From IMG/VR virus record IMGVR_UViG_3300031417_000379: 23,208 bases of DNA. The stretch is one strand, 5' to 3'. This DNA comes from a virus (lineage: Duplodnaviria > Heunggongvirae > Uroviricota > Caudoviricetes). The notes below the pieces were generated by a model. That model was given only the letters and a program-made list of their open reading frames with translations. It was not told where the DNA came from and made no database searches. Position numbers and translations under genes: made by a program. Shown piece after piece: positions 22,726-23,208 of this stretch. Position 1 is the stretch's first letter. Each line of letters starts with the position of its first letter.

Positions 22726-23208
22726 TCAGAGCTCTCCGGGGAACTCCTCTTCAAGCTTCACGCGATGAGCAGCCTTGCGGTTCTCCATGCGGCGTGAAAG
22801 CGTTGCGGCGAAGCCGGCGATGAGCCCGATGTGCTGTGCAGCCTCACGCTCATCCTTACCCCAGTTGTAGATCTGCTTTTCTCCAAGCTTCGGTGCGTAC
22901 TTTTCCCACTCCTCGCCGATGGTGACAAGAGCAAGCTGAAGTTCGTGCTCGTTGAATTGCCCGTAGTCCATAGCGTTACGTAGCGTTACCCAAGCGCGAT
23001 TCGGAAGCTGACGCGGTCCGATCGACTCGAGAAGAGCCTTCTGATCTTCGGAGAACTTAAGCGGCTCAGCTTCGTATTCAAGCTCGTACGAGCGTCTCGC
23101 GATCTCCGGCGAAGGGAAGTGATCCTTCTCTAGATCACCGAAGGGGCAGTTCTTTCGAGCCTTGCATACTCCAGGAGTGCCTTCTAGGTTGATGTGGTAC
23201 TTAGCCAT
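22726..23208 (-). CDS. N-terminal MAKYHIN Cys/His module fused to an unknown ~115-aa domain
   Basis: MAKYHINLEGTPGVCKARKNCPFGDLEKDHFPSPEIA. The ATG is at the last three bases of the window, so upstream signals are not visible. Confidence 0.8.
   Translation of the reverse strand: MAKYHINLEGTPGVCKARKNCPFGDLEKDHFPSPEIARRSYELEYEAEPLKFSEDQKALLESIGPRQLPNRAWVTLRNAMDYGQFNEHELQLALVTIGEEWEKYAPKLGEKQIYNWGKDEREAAQHIGLIAGFAATLSRRMENRKAAHRVKLEEEFPGEL

Noticed and set aside
1-23208. tRNA genes, CRISPR array, integrase/transposase, introns or inteins
   Set aside because: No cloverleaf with T-loop GTTCRA context, no regularly spaced direct repeats, and no recombinase or splicing motifs were seen by eye. tRNAscan-SE, CRISPR finders and Infernal were not run.

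Overview
This window looks like an accessory region of a large actinobacterial phage. A large plasmid or prophage cannot be excluded, and no integrase, virion genes, tRNA or CRISPR array were seen. The evidence is rIIA/rIIB-like genes, a T4 PseT-like Pnkp, Thg1, oligoribonuclease, an R2K ATP-grasp, YqaJ, a SprT-like protease, several likely leaderless genes, and a fragment resembling actinobacterial DivIVA. Nearly all genes are on the minus strand; three short units are on the plus strand. The main observation is a shared N-terminal Cys/His module of about 40 aa, MAK(Y/F)HIN..G..G.C.A....CPF.....HF.S...A. It is fused to unrelated cargo domains: an HD (p)ppGpp-hydrolase-like domain, a HinP1I-like PD-(D/E)xK nuclease and an unknown helical protein, with degenerate versions on a 2H phosphoesterase and possibly a YqaJ-DEDDh double exonuclease. 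This suggests a modular targeting or packaging tag for effector enzymes (inference). Other highlights are a headless DivIVA/Wag31 coiled coil with a long acidic tail, an RNA end-healing cluster, an rIIB-WYL-like fusion, a tandem pair of diverged paralogues, a repeated terminator-promoter cassette, and a hairpin that buries a ribosome-binding site. All family assignments come from motif recognition by eye; no database search was run.
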